Below, piece by piece: positions 28,184 to 41,899 of a stretch of 64,000 nt of DNA (position 1 is the stretch's first letter; every line of letters starts with the position of its first letter). The notes below the pieces were generated by a model. It ran no database searches, was not told where the DNA came from, and saw only the letters and a list, made by a program, of their open reading frames with translations. A program made the position numbers and the translations under genes. The stretch comes from Bigelowiella natans CCMP2755 (taxonomy: Eukaryota > Protista > Cercozoa). The stretch lies in contig ADNK01001574.1 in assembly GCA_000320545.1 (NCBI GenBank), positions 25,738 through 89,737 on the forward strand, in the 5' to 3' direction.

Positions 28184-29648
28184 CGACTGGAAATGTACCG
28201 ATGTGTCCATCTGCGAAAGCTTGAGCTGCGATTGAAGATTTTTTATCACGAGCTTACGTCGCCGCATGCACAATTTCATCCACCGGAATACCGACTTGTA
28301 CCTATATTATGTTTGCGGTGAGGCGGGGGGAGTCTAGCTGCTATTGCAGTTGTTTTTTGCCCATCGTTCGTCTCTTCTGGCAAGGATTTTGAATGTATAT
28401 AATTCACACACACGCGCACGCGCGCGTGTGTGTGTGTGTGTTCCAATATCATTTACAATAATCGGCAAGAGCTGAGTGGCGAGGGAAGCAAGATTCTATC
28501 AACGTTGTCTTCTTACATCCTGCTATCCTTTCTCTCCCGTCCTGATATCATATTCACGAGTTTTCCAAATCCCTTTGAGTCTCTATTCACTACTAATACT
28601 TTGGTCGCTGCTGTCGAGCTAAGCTTTTTAACGAATTCCGACTGGCCCTGCTCACGAAGTCGGCTTGTCATCAGCAAGATCTTCTGGGAAAACTCGAGGT
28701 TGTCTTTGCGCAGCTTTGCGATCTTTCCCTCCAACTCTTTGCGTTCATCCTCACGTTGGTCCTGAAGTTCTTGAATCTTTAGAAACCTGCACGGACGGAG
28801 AAGTAACTACGTGATTGGGAATGCTGTGAGGAAAGAAGGGGGTTGGGGGGGGGAGTGCATCCTTTGACGGTTTATGAGGTTCTTTTCATATCCTGAAGCT
28901 CTGACCTCAAAAACGTAGTCACAGCTAACGGCTATTGCTTTGTATAGATTCGTTTGTTATGTACGAACGTGTCTCGCGACTTTAACGTAAGTTGCCCTCC
29001 CCTCCCCTCCTCCCGCTCGTAGTGTTATTTAGTTGTAATACTTGGCTCTATCTGCTGCAATAGCGTTTTCTCGTGAATTAAGAATCGCCTTAACAGCATC
29101 CTTAGCGTTCTGCATTTCCTCAGGAGTGGAGTCGGAGTTGAGGTTCATAAAATCGTCGATTGAGACGTTCCCGTCGTTTTCGCCATCATCAGGTCCAGCG
29201 TCTGCTGCTCTCGCCTTTACATTCGTTTCACTTCGGGCAATCATCGACTTCTTTTGGTCAGTCGTTGCACCCTTTCCACCGGTTTTGTTGATGAATTGGC
29301 CGAGCTGCGTCTCTGCGTGGATGAAACGGTTCTTTACACGCTTATACCTGCGTTTTTGGGGGATGCCACGGAAAAAGTAGTAGGAGAAGAAGAAGAAGAA
29401 GAAGAAGAAGAAGAAGAGCAGTATTGAGAAACGTTCAGAAGTATGCCTCAACGGAGTATCAAGTCAGAAAACATGTGATAAATTTAAGATTCGTTAAATG
29501 TGACTAAGTTAAGATTCGTTCAATGTGACTCAGCATATTGATTGGGTACTTGAGGCGAGCTTTGGAGTATTTGTCAATGAGGTATTTGTTAGCCGCTTGA
29601 AGCTTATGAATGTTATCCAAATACCTATGCATGCATATATCAGACTCG

Positions 29649-29695
<47 letters not shown>

Positions 29696-30400
29696 ACACA
29701 TACACATACACATGGATATTATATTGTCCAGATTTGCTTGAAATCGAGGGGGGATAGGGGCATGATGGAACGGAGGAGGAAGGGGGAGAGGAAAGAGGAT
29801 ATTAAGTGGAAATACATCTCATCAACAGCCTTAAGTTTGGCTCTGAAGTCCTGCTCAGCTCTTTCCTTTGCTTCCTGCACGTCATGATCGTGGCTCGATC
29901 TCATGATTTGCATCTCGTCCTGTGTTGACTGTCGCGAGATATAAAGTTCTCGGCACAGCGCAACAAGGTCGTGGTACTTACCCTGAAGCTCGTTTAGATC
30001 ATTGCTCACTTTCCCATAGAGCTCTGTGTCCTCGAATATGTCAAGATTCACCTCTCGGATGCTGTCTCCTAGCACTTTTGAAGGACGAAACTTTAACTTC
30101 GCGCCCTTTCCTTTACCGCTACCATGTAAACGCTCGGACTCTCGCATCATCATTACGTGTTGGATCAGCTCGCCAATCTTTCTCTGGCTACTCTTCAATG
30201 CAGGTGGCATGTCTTTTCCGTCTATCGACGATTGTACAATGCTGCCGTCTCCTCGAACAAACTCTAATGCATCCTGGTATTCGAATCATCGCAAACCGTG
30301 TGAGGGAGAGACATGTGAAAGATGGTGTATGTATTCTGAGAGAAAGCGTTTCCGAGAAAAAGCATGGAAGCGAGAGAGAAAGAAAGAGACAGAGACAGAC

Positions 30401-30456
<56 letters not shown>

Positions 30457-31122
30457 AATACATGGTTGCTACATAGGCATCATGACCTCAGTGCAGAAGA
30501 GCGGGTTTAGGTGTTGAACCAGACTGAAGAATGATATCTCATCCCATGCAGCAAACAAATCAACTAGCTCTTTCACGGGGTGCACCCCCACCTCGGTCCC
30601 TTTCAGTATAGCCCTTTCGAGCCCCTCTTTTAACCGCGCGGTCAATGGACGAATGCCAGTTGCGCTGATAAACAATAAACGATGGTCAAATTTAATTACA
30701 TCAGGAAGACAAAAAACGTGAATTGGTAAAGTATGGCGGCAGTTGGGCTGTCGTTAACTCAAGAAGTATTGATTTCAGGGAAGGGAATGTTTACTTGAAG
30801 AAGGCATCGATTTCCATCCACTTTTGCAGCGAAGCCGGGATGTAGGTGACGTTGCAGAAGTCAAGTTCGAGAGAAGGACCGTCATACTTTTTCGAGTCTG
30901 CGGAAAATTTTCAAAGTAAGTTCAATAAATATAATAAAGCATGGAAGAAACACACAACGCTGATGACTTAACACACAAGCGTGGTGCGGCATGTCGGAAC
31001 ATTGCATTTTGCACCATTTCACCTGCAGGAGTCGTGAAGGACGTTGCTCTTTCATTCCGTTTTCCACTAAATGAATTGTCTCTTAAGGTTGTTTGGGACT
31101 TGACGCTCGCGCTGCCTCCCAT
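23916..31122 (-). CDS. C-terminal-motor kinesin (kinesin-14 family) with coiled-coil stalk, multi-exon
   Basis: Neck EDMKGKIRVYCRIRP, P-loop IFAYGQTGTGKTYTM, switch I MNAGSSRSH, switch II GKLSLVDLAGCER, INQSLSALGNVI, HVPYR, GGNAKTLMFVNVSP. Coiled-coil exons at 27466-30210; stop TAG at 23916-23918. Confidence 0.95.
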
Positions 31123-31664
31123 CCTGTCAAAAAACCCTCTTGCAGAATCGTTCGTTACAACACGTTTCCAGCGAACTCGGCACCCATTTCAGCCGTGTAT
31201 GACGCTGAATAAATACGCCCTGATTTCCTTCTAAAATATATTTGATTTGAGTATATTAATCCAAAATCGCCTTTCTTCTTTTCCCCTCATTTGCAGCACA
31301 TTAAGACGATACGACCTAGACAAAGATCCCAGAGAGTTCGAAAAACGATCGAAAAGGACACGTTCTCTCATACAAAAACGCATAATAGATATTAACAGCG
31401 ACATAGATATAGGATATTTCATCGAAGAAATAGCCTAGAGCTTCTTTGTCTGTGAACATCACGTGCTTGAATGCATCATCACGTGATGAGAGACTAAAGA
31501 ATGTAGGAGAAACCGTGTTAGTCCTGACATTTCAAACAAACATGAAACAAAAAGGACCAATGTGAACAAAGATAGGAAGTATTGCCATGTCGCTATTACA
31601 ATTTCCAATGTATTTACTGAAAACATCCTGGACATTTATTGAGAAATCATCTTAATTGTGAATT

Positions 31665-32648
31665 TTGCCCGTGGTCGATAGTCGTTTACAGAAACTAACT
31701 TGCCACAACTCAAAAGCACACATCATCATCATCATCATGCGAAGACACCACACACAAGCATCACGTACCTGCCGCACCCGTGCCCGATCAAACTCATCAG
31801 CTATACAAGAACTTGCTGTCGGTTCGGTGGCGGGAATCTTATCCACAGCCGTAGCTTATCCTTTTGACACGATCAAAACGCGAATACAGCTTGGAATTGG
31901 CAACTCGACCTCTATGGGCGGTACATTGGTACACAGTGTGCGAAATGAAGGCCTGCTGAGCCTGTTTAGAGGTTGGCACGCGCCCGTTGTTTCTTCTGGA
32001 ATCACGAGTGGGGTGAGCATGTTCTGTAAGAAGATCTGGACACGTGTGTTAAGGCGCCAAGCTGGTTACAGTGCATCAGACAAAGTTCCATACTCGCTGA
32101 CGGCGATCTCTGGAGCACTTACGGGAATGACAATTGCCCCTATAATCATTCCCTTTGACCTAGTGAAAATTCGGATGCAGGGCAGAAGCTTGCAGGGAGG
32201 GAATGCTCAGAGATTAACGACTTTACAGTGTGCCTTAAGGATTGCACGGACGGAAGGAATCATGGCTCTGACCTCTGGATCAACGGTAGGGGTATTACAA
32301 TTGACGACGATGTGGGCAGTCGTTTTTGGTGGTTATGAATATCTCATGGACAAGCTGACTTCCCACAAGATCCAATGCGACAAAGGTGTAGCATCAATCA
32401 CAGCCGGTAGCATTGTTGGCGTGCTTTCTTGGGGCTCTAGCATGCCGTTCGACATCGTCAAAACGAAGATGCAGATGGATCCCGAGAAAAATAATAGTTC
32501 TGTAAAGGTCTTCCGCGATATATTCGGCCGTGATGGAATTTTGGGTTTCTATCGTGGATTTACGACTGTAGCAAGCAGAGCTGTCGTATGCAACGCCTCA
32601 TTCTTTTGGGCTTACGAGGCGTTGAGTGGCACATTAGCGATGCATTGA
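31665..32648 (+). CDS. Mitochondrial carrier (SLC25), carnitine/acylcarnitine or basic amino acid carrier-like, intronless
   Basis: Three PX[D/E]XX[K/R]X[K/R] signatures (PFDTIKTR, PFDLVKIR, PFDIVKTK) plus EGLLSLFRG and DGILGFYRG. The first ATG is near 31737. Confidence 0.93.
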   Translation: MPVVDSRLQKLTCHNSKAHIIIIIMRRHHTQASRTCRTRARSNSSAIQELAVGSVAGILSTAVAYPFDTIKTRIQLGIGNSTSMGGTLVHSVRNEGLLSLFRGWHAPVVSSGITSGVSMFCKKIWTRVLRRQAGYSASDKVPYSLTAISGALTGMTIAPIIIPFDLVKIRMQGRSLQGGNAQRLTTLQCALRIARTEGIMALTSGSTVGVLQLTTMWAVVFGGYEYLMDKLTSHKIQCDKGVASITAGSIVGVLSWGSSMPFDIVKTKMQMDPEKNNSSVKVFRDIFGRDGILGFYRGFTTVASRAVVCNASFFWAYEALSGTLAMH

Positions 32649-32699
32649 AGCTAATTTTCGACTCTGCCCTCTAGACACAAGATCTTATTAGAATTGTAA

Positions 32700-33600
32700 A
32701 ATTGTAAAACTCGTCTCAACATAAAGTTAGGATGAGCGTACAAAATATGAGCTTTAGGACACACAGACGCCTACCGCGTAGACGTACACATTGAATAGCA
32801 TTATGTGCTACCCAATGAAGAAGTTGTCCTTATTTTATTATCTCTCTCCTATGATAACTATTTGAAGACCTGTTTCCATTAAGCATGTGAGAGTGAAATT
32901 AGTTTACTATCGCGCTTGCGCTATTTTGGACGCTAGCAAGCCGCATTGTAGCTAGTGCTTTAGCGTTGCTGTCATTTGTGTTCAAAAATGTAGGTCACGG
33001 AATTGTGCATGGTTACCATTATAGCCATGTACGTATATCTACTGCATACATATGGGTAAATCTGCGCTAGCTAGGGTGCATGCTATGCTAACAATGCTGC
33101 TCTACAGTTTCTAGAAGCTGTTTTGCCACATGCATGCACGCAAGTAAGGAGAAGGGCTCATCCTACACATGAAATTTGAGTATATGAGTGCATCTTGCAG
33201 ATGGACGTACTACACAATGCAAGCATGACAGACAATGCATGCATTGTTACATGTGTCTAAACATTGTGCATTGAGCTAGTGAGGTCATCCTCATGGCATC
33301 ATCTAATCTAGTATACTAGTCATCACATTGGCGGCTACATAGCGGCACGCATGACACGTATACACGCATTTGCTTGCACTTGCAGTGTTGATCACAATCG
33401 TCAACTGGAGCTGATGGACCATCGCGCCCCACCGCCTGCTGTGGCATGCAATGACCAATGGCAATGCACCACACTAGCACATCTGAACGACATGCATGAT
33501 GATAGACATGCAATATCATGCCACATGTGCATGAGACGCGGATGTGATGATATGAACACGTTATACTAGCCATGCGTACATGTGATATATATGAGACGGA
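32700..33600. other. Palindromic-tetramer-rich intergenic zone 4 (convergent 3' ends)
   Basis: gctagctagg, catgcatgca, aatgcatgcatt, ctagtatactag. Confidence 0.65.
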
Positions 33601-33654
33601 TGTAATGAAATGTTTAAATTTTTTCAATTGTCATCCTAATGTAGCTGTGCAATA

Positions 33655-33696
<42 letters not shown>

Positions 33697-33885
33697 GTGT
33701 GTGTGTGTGTGTATACATTATACATACTGTGTCTATTGTCATTTTTTTAAAAAGTCGTCGTATATATGGCTATGCAGAGCAGCGGCTACAGCGCTTATAA
33801 TGTGCCTTATCGTTTCTGCAATGCTGTATTTCACGCTCGTAAATGCATGTGCAATATCTCGTGTGGTGCGCAATAGTAATCTGTT

Positions 33886-34013
33886 TTAGATGTCAAGGTC
33901 ATCATCGTCTTTCTTTTTTTGTGCTGCATCCGTGCCAGCCGTTTTCTGCTTATTTTTCGTTCCGTCTCCATCGCTCTGCATATAATAAACATCCAAAGAT
34001 GGTTCCGATGCGG

Positions 34014-34050
<37 letters not shown>

Positions 34051-34310
34051 CATCGTTTCATAATCATTGATACTTAATCCGCATATGCAGTAAATTACAA
34101 TCTGATCTTACTTGAAAAGGACAAAATTAACTTTTATAGTCATTTTTTGCATCAAGACGGCATTCATTTTGTAAATGTGGGAGAGTTAAAAAGATGTAGA
34201 ATACCCTATTGTTACCTCTTTCAGCTGCTCGTCGCTATCCAACGGAAGCATTGGCATTAAATGACGAATAACCTCATCTCCTTCTGTCCAATTCTATGGT
34301 TATCAATAGA

Positions 34311-34348
<38 letters not shown>

Positions 34349-35600
34349 ACAAATAGACAAATGAAAGGAGGGGAGGGAGATTAGTCCATAGAATCTTCAT
34401 TCACAACTGTCTCCTACCGTGTGGACATAAAAAGCGCTCTGTGTACGCGTGTTGATCCAATTGCTCATTGGGTGCGTTATCTTGACCTGATTGCCATCAC
34501 CAGTGCATATGTGAAGAACTATATTGCGGTGACACACTTCAAAATACTTTCAAATCTTATCAAAATACTTTCAAATCTTATGGATGGGACGATAAACTAT
34601 TTTTTGCATGGCTTTGTCCTTTTACATCTGGTAATGTCTTCAGGGATTCATCAACATTATCGTCGTTGTAACCATCATCACCGTTAAGAACATAATCTCT
34701 CTCCTGCTTCTTGTTATCACACATCACCACAGAACTATGGATTCCCCATCGACATCGCACCCATCTGACACAATCACGGTAGACACAACTACTTCGATGT
34801 CTTCCAGCGCCAGTTCTTCAGTTCTCACCCTCCCAAAAAAGGTGAGTGTTGAGACGATTAGTTTATCATCTTTGCGCTCCATGCGTAGAACGTAGGGCTT
34901 AAACAGCCAATTCAACACTGATGTAGTGCCGACAGCTGCTGCGACCACCGTAGCGCCTATGCCGATCTTGGCGCCAAAAGGGACGCTAGACGTTGTGCTC
35001 AAGAAGATAAGGACCGGTGTACAGGCGATGGAAAATACGCATGATGTGATAGAAAATAGCTTTAACGCTCGAACAGGCTGATGAATCGAGGAGAAGAGAA
35101 AGTACAGGAGGGGGGGAGAAATGGCAGAACAGGAAGAGAAGAGCAATTATTTTAAAGGTTAGCTTCTTCTCCAACGATACGTTGCCAGTTATCACCTGAG
35201 CGAAAGGGGCGACGTAGATCTTTTCCTCTTCCTCCTCTTTTGATTGCATTCCCCTGTGTGTGGGGGATGTCGTCAAAAGTCGCCGTCTACCCGTCTGTTC
35301 GTTGGAAGAGTGCACACATAGTCGAGCTATTCGGGCAAACACAAGCTGTGGCGGCAATGGAAAAGATGTAACAGAGCGCCTGAGGCCCACCATAGTCTTA
35401 GTTTTGGGTGTGACGCTAAAAGCTTTGCCCCCTCCCCGATTTGCTAAACGTAAAAGCCGAACTGGTCGTTGGTATACGACGCTTTCGATGAATTTAAGAG
35501 GGCTATTACTGCTACTACTGCGACAGAATGTCCCAGATAGAACGGTGGATCGGTTGGAAATGGCACAGGAAGATAGACGGTGAATGAAACGGCTTGCCAT
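33886..35600 (-). CDS. TMEM70: TMEM70-like mitochondrial membrane protein
   Basis: Arg/Ser-rich mitochondrial-type presequence; IYVAPFAQ/PVRALKLFSITSC; two TMs; LNWLFKPYVLRM ... STLTFFGR pattern typical of TMEM70; last exon ends DDDLDI* at 33886. Confidence 0.75.
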
Positions 35601-36747
35601 TATTCCTCGACCTCTGGGGGGGCAGGGTCTGTGTTCGATTGTTGTTTTAAGTTGTTCTGTGTTATTGGGTTCTTTGAATTAGATATATTCGGGTATATTT
35701 ATTTTCTAAAAAAAATGCGTTCGAGCAGTTCCCGACTAGCCGAGCGAATTCGGAGCAAAATCAGTCCAGCTATTCTCTCGATGGTTAAGACTTTACGTGC
35801 AGCAGGGATTCTCAAATAGTAGATGATGTATGATAAATATAGATAACGACATGAAAAATGAGCATTACCTTCTCAAAAACTACCTTCCAACAAGATTTGT
35901 GACATTTGAGATGAATACCTTGACGAAATTTCTCTCCCAAAATTTCTCGATTTTCAAAAACTATTCTAATATGCTCAAGCGACAACAACATACAAAAGAC
36001 TACATTGCAAAAAGAATGGAGTTGACTTACCGAGAAAGAAGACTAGCCCTAATTGGGTCTGAGTCTCTTCTTCGCAATCTCGACCAGGGGCCCTGATTCC
36101 TTTAATTAATTTGAAGAAATATATGAATGTAAATGCTTCTAATACATACGACAGGAATATTTCGTTGTCGTTAAATATGTTTTATCCGGTGTTTCCTTCT
36201 TTTAACGCCCATCGCAGAAATACGAAAGACTGATAATCAGTCTGAGAGCTCTCTGGCCTTTCCCCCCTCTCTGGTTTTGGAAACTGGTATTGAAACGTGA
36301 AATAATGCTCCGCACAATCTAAGATGTGTCACGCTACATTGGGAGTGATAACATGGTACCTAAGGATTTTATGGGAGATTCACCATGCTTGGAATCTCCC
36401 TTAAAATACTGCGTGACCTACCATCTGTCTTCCTACTTTCCTCGCCCTGCAAGATCAGTTGCTTGTGACTTGCACCTATGCGGCTATTTTTCTAGACATT
36501 TAAGAAGTCAACATTTGAACGGGAGACGAGAATGGCCCCACAGATGTTAGTAGGAGAGCAAAAAACTCATCTTCTTCACCATTGCTTCCTTCATGCCAGT
36601 CATTTCCTCATTTCGGTTAGAACCGATTACTAGTCCTTATCAAATCTTAAATTTTTCTTGTGAAAAGGTAGCGTTGTTGAAGGAGAAGAAGTAGAAGCAT
36701 AAAGGAAGTTATTTTGGAGGTGTATAATAACTAAAAAGAGCATAAAG

Positions 36748-39063
36748 ATGGCCCTGACTTCGGCGCAAGGGGTGCTCGCGCTGCTCGACGAGCCAGAAAC
36801 AGAAATCAAGGTCCATGCAATTAAAAAACTGGACAAGATGGTCGACAACTTCTGGGCGGAGATCGCAAACGCGATTGGAAAAATGTAAACCGATCTGATC
36901 CAATGATTCACAAATGCCGATGACCTCATGAAGCATCAATAATTGAAACTCAAGAACACTGATTACATCATAATAAATTGACCAGAGTAGCCATACTTTA
37001 TTTCTATCAAGCTTTGACGGCATTATTTTTTCTAACTTCGATACATTCTTCTCCAGAGAGTCTTTATATGATGACGAGAAATTTCAATCCCGTGACGTCG
37101 CTGCTTTGGTGGCTTCAAAAGTCCGTAAGCCCCTTCCTTTCACGTTTTCCAAACTCAAAATTAAATTTAGCCATTGCTCTCACATCAGTGTTTAGACCTT
37201 TGATTTAATTTTCTCAAATTTTCGCTTCTCACATTGTCGCTTGCTCAGGTCTTCTATCACCTTGAGGAGTTGGACGATGCATTGCGCTACGCACTTTGCG
37301 CGGGAAATGCATTCAACCTCACCGTCAAGAACGATTACGTCGATACCTTACTAGGTCTTATAACTGAAAAGTAGGGGATTGTACATTGGGAAGGAGAGTA
37401 GAGGGAACGTATGAAACCAAAGTAAATATCACGCACTAAATCAATTTCACAACTTCAGCTAAGTGTATCGATGAATACATCCGAGTGCGCTCGGCGGGTT
37501 TTGCTGCCAAGTTAAAAGGCGGCGAGGACGCAAAAGTAGAGCCAATGGATCAAAGACTCGAATCAATCGTCGATAAGATATTCGGGAAGTGCTTTGCACA
37601 CGGCCAGTTCGAGCAGGCACTTGGCATCGCTGTGGAGAGCCACCGTCTAGATAGAGTGGAGGAGAGTATCAAACTAAGCGGTAGTGCAAAAACTGTTCTA
37701 CTGATTTTTGCCAGCGCGCGTAACATTCTTGGCATAGTACGAATGAATATTACATAATAGAAACAAAAAATCATCATCCATCGCAAATCTTGATTCCCTT
37801 CCACCATGATTGTTTAGGCGACAAACCGAGGATGTTGTCTTACTGCTTGAAGTTATGTAAGACGACTGTAAACAACCGCAGATACCGTAACTTACTGCTA
37901 CGGTCAATGGTGAAGTTGTATCAAGGACTTGCCAACCCAGATTATCTGAACATGTACTGCCACTGCTACTACTACATACTGCTGCTATCAAACTAAAATA
38001 TAGGTTATAATAGCTGTGGTCACCGTGTACAATTATAGGTAACATATTCATCTAAAATCATACTTTTTGTAATAGGTGCCAGTGCTTGTTGTTCCTGAAC
38101 GATCATGATTCAGTGGCTGACGCTCTCGATACATTGATCAATGGCGACGAATCGCAGGCGGTTATGGCCTACCAAGTTGCTTTTGACCTCAACGAGAACC
38201 AAAACCAGCCCTTCCTCCTCCGCGTGCGGAAGAAGCTCACTGGCGAGGAAAGCAATAGTGCGAAGGAGGCTGATGCAAGTACTGGGGAGAATGATATGGA
38301 GGTTGAGAAGTCTGCGAGTGCCGTCGAAAAACCAAGTGGAGAGGGGGGGAAAGGACCCGAATATGAAGGTACAATCGTTTGGGACTTGATTTATGCAAAA
38401 GAACAAATATTAATATGGGTATTTTTTTAAGAACGACTGGCGAAGCTTAAAGATATTCTCTCCGGGAAAACTCCTACGGACCTCTACTTGCACTTCTTGT
38501 AATGAGGCATTCATTGCTTTAAATCATACTCATGACATGATTATTATAGAGCTCAAAATGCCCATGCTGCGAAGACGTTTTTTGTAGTGAGAGCCTCTTT
38601 TGAATAATCTTTCCCATCTTCACCTCTTCATCTTGTGCTCTTGTTTCCACTCACTCATTATTACACATATTTATCAATTATTCGCAGATACATCCATAGC
38701 AAAACAGACCTGCTCATCCTCAAATCGATCAAGGATAAGCTTAAGCCTAGGAACACCGTTACGCACATCGCTACCATTATGTCGCATGCGATCATGAACA
38801 GTGGAACGACGATCGACACCTTTCTGAGAGACAATCTGCAATGGCTTGCTAAGGCAACGAACTGGTCCAAGTTCACTGCGACAGCTAGCATTGGCGTGAT
38901 TCATCGGGGTCATTATAAGGAGAGCTTGAAGCTGTTACAGCCCTACCTGCCATCTGGTGAAATGATTATGAATCAACCAATAGATCATATTTATGATAAT
39001 AGCAGTGAAACAGTGTTTTTTATTAAGAATAATACACACATACACCCACACACACACACATAC

Positions 39064-39110
<47 letters not shown>

Positions 39111-39505
39111 CTGACCATTAACTCTTCTCACCAATCTCCCACACCCTTTCTGCAGGCAACTCGAACTCCAATAGCCCGTACCAAGAGGGAGGTGCCCTCT
39201 ATGCTCTTGGCCTCATACATGCGTGCGATGGGGGAGAGCAAGCCAGCTTTCTCCAGGAAAGTATAAAGTCAAAGAACGAGATTATTCAGCACGGTGCTTC
39301 GTTGGGCCTTGGCCTTACGGCCATGGCCACAGGGGACACTGCCATCTTCGAGGAGCTCTACGAGATCATCGTGTCAGATAACGCTGTGTCGGGAGAAGCT
39401 GCGTCTATTGCAGCGGGCCTCGTCATGCTTGGCACTGGTTACGAGGAAGGAATTGAAAACCTCATAGTAAGTCAAAGTCCAACTTCGTTACTGCCGTCGC
39501 CGTCG

Positions 39506-39545
<40 letters not shown>

Positions 39546-41846
39546 AGTAGTAGTAGTAGTTGAAGTAGAAATAGTAGTAGTACTAGCAGTAGGAACAGTC
39601 AGCATTGATGTATCTGTGTTTGTATTGATGGCAATTGTGACATACTTCGACATTTGGTTACTTTTGTCGATATTCAATATCCCTTTTTGTTTTGCGTTTC
39701 CTACCCCTCTCCATCCATCTACTATTCCCCCCCTCCTCTAAGGGCTACGCACACGACACGAAGCACGAAAAAATTATCCGCGGTATTGCCATGGCCGTTG
39801 GGCTGATTGAGTACGGGCGGGAAGAGGCAGCAGATCCGACCATCGAGGAGCTTGCTTCGGATACGGACGCTATCCTCCGGTTTGGGGCTATGAACACCAT
39901 TGCTCTAGCTTACGTCGGTACCGGGAACAACAAGGCAGTGAGGAAGCTCCTTCATGTTGCTGTTAGTGATGTCAGCGACGACGTCCGCCGTGCCGCTACT
40001 ACTGCACTCGGATTCGTACTTTGCAACGACCCCAAAAAGGTTAGTTGGTTCGTATTACCGAACTACCCACCAGGATTAGAAAGAGCCTTACACTGCCTGT
40101 TATCGAATGTGATTGATGAAGAAGAATACCAAGATGGCGGGGAGAACAAGCAGCTGTTGTGTGCAACCTCTTATCTTTGTGTGTATGTGTTCTGGTGTAG
40201 GTTCCTACCATTGTCTCGCTTCTCGCAGAAGGCTTCAACCCACACGTGCGGTACGGGGCAGCTCTGGCTGTTGGTATCGCTTGTGCTGGTAGCGGGATGA
40301 AGGAAGCGTTAGACCTGCTTGAGTCTCTCTTGGATGATTCAGAGGAGTTCGTGCGGCAAGCGGCCTTCATTGCCACTGCCATGGTAATCAACGATGATGC
40401 ATTAAATGGTTTGTACCTCTCGTGGATGTGCTGATTTATCATCACCACCACCACCTCAGGTCTTGATTCAGCACAACAAGTCTAAAGAACCGCGCGTAGC
40501 TACTTTCCGCAACAAGATCGATGAGGCGTTGTTGTCCAAGGGAGATACTATGGCCAAGTTTGGCGCTATCATCTCTGCTGGAATATTGGACGCGGGCGGA
40601 CGCAATATGACCATATCCCTGTTGTCGCACCACGGGCACAAGAAGATGACTGCCATTGCTGGAATGGCTGTGTTCTTGCAGTTCTGGTACTGGCATCCTC
40701 TCATTCACTTTTTGTGCCTCTCCTTCGCTCCTACCGCCGTGATAGGCCTCAACAAAGACCTCAAGATGCCTCAGAACTGGACCGTCAAATCAGCAGCGAA
40801 ACCGTCGCTGTTCGCATACCCCGCCCCGCGCGTGGAGAAGAAAGAAGAGAAGAAGGAGCTGAAAACTGCCACCCTTTCTGTGACGAAGAAGCAGACATCG
40901 AAAACCACGACCACCACCACGGATAAGAAGGAGGGAGAAGGCATGGAAGTCGAGGAGAAGGGGAGCGCCAAGGAACCTACTAAGGACATGGAAGTTGAAG
41001 GAGGTGTCTTCTAGCACGGGTGTTGGTTGGGAGGGGGGAGGAGGAAAACCGTCATTTAGATGTGTGCGTGTATGTAACAGCAATACACATAAATTGAAAG
41101 TTTCATTGTAATATTTTTCCCCCCCTGGCTTTCAATGACTCATCCCCGTTTCCCCGTTAGAATCAAAAGAGGAAGGCAAGGAGGAGGGCAAAAAAGAGGA
41201 GGAGAAGAAGGCAGAACCGGAGCCGGAGTTCGAAATCCTCTCAAACCCTTCTCGCGTGACATGGGCGCAACAGCAATACATCGAAGTAGTAGCTGAACAA
41301 AGATATAAGCCTGCCAAAGAGGTTCGTACCTATGTACCACAACAAAACGAAGAAATGGAGGAACAATAACAAACACGAGAAGAAGAAAAAGACTAGTTAT
41401 GTGGGATCATTTGGCATAGTAAGGAGAATTAGAAGAGTAAGCATGAGGTTGTGCGGATGATGATGATGATGATGACAGATGGTAATTATAATTATTCTAA
41501 CCCGTGTGTCATTGCGCTCTTCCCTTATCTTCCTCCTCCTCCTCCTCCTCTTCCGATTAACATAGATGCCGGCGGGCATCGTAATGCTAATCGACAGTAA
41601 GCCGCAGGAAGCAGAGGACTTTGTGGTTGCGAAGGCCCCGAAAATAGGTGGCCATCTGCACTCACACACACACCCCAGCACAACACCGCTCGAATGTTAA
41701 AAAAATTATTGTAGTTCTATGTGCAACTTGGGCATTTACAAAGCACTTCTCACCCACTAATTGGCATGATCATTCGTTTATCAGGAGTTCCAGGCGTTTC
41801 AGACGATGAGCCAGATCCACCAGAGCCCTTCCAATTCGTGCGATAA
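36748..41846 (+). CDS. PSMD1: 26S proteasome regulatory subunit RPN2/PSMD1, multi-exon
   Basis: [103 protein letters not shown]-terminal EPDPPEPF. Confidence 0.98.
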
Positions 41847-41899
41847 CGATGAGATATCATTTATGATGATGAGGAAGTGGAAGATTCTCACGATGGATT

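Noticed and set aside
34539-34581. 21-bp tandem duplication; a similar one lies at about 62468-62509
   Set aside because: Isolated intronic slippage duplications with no further structure.
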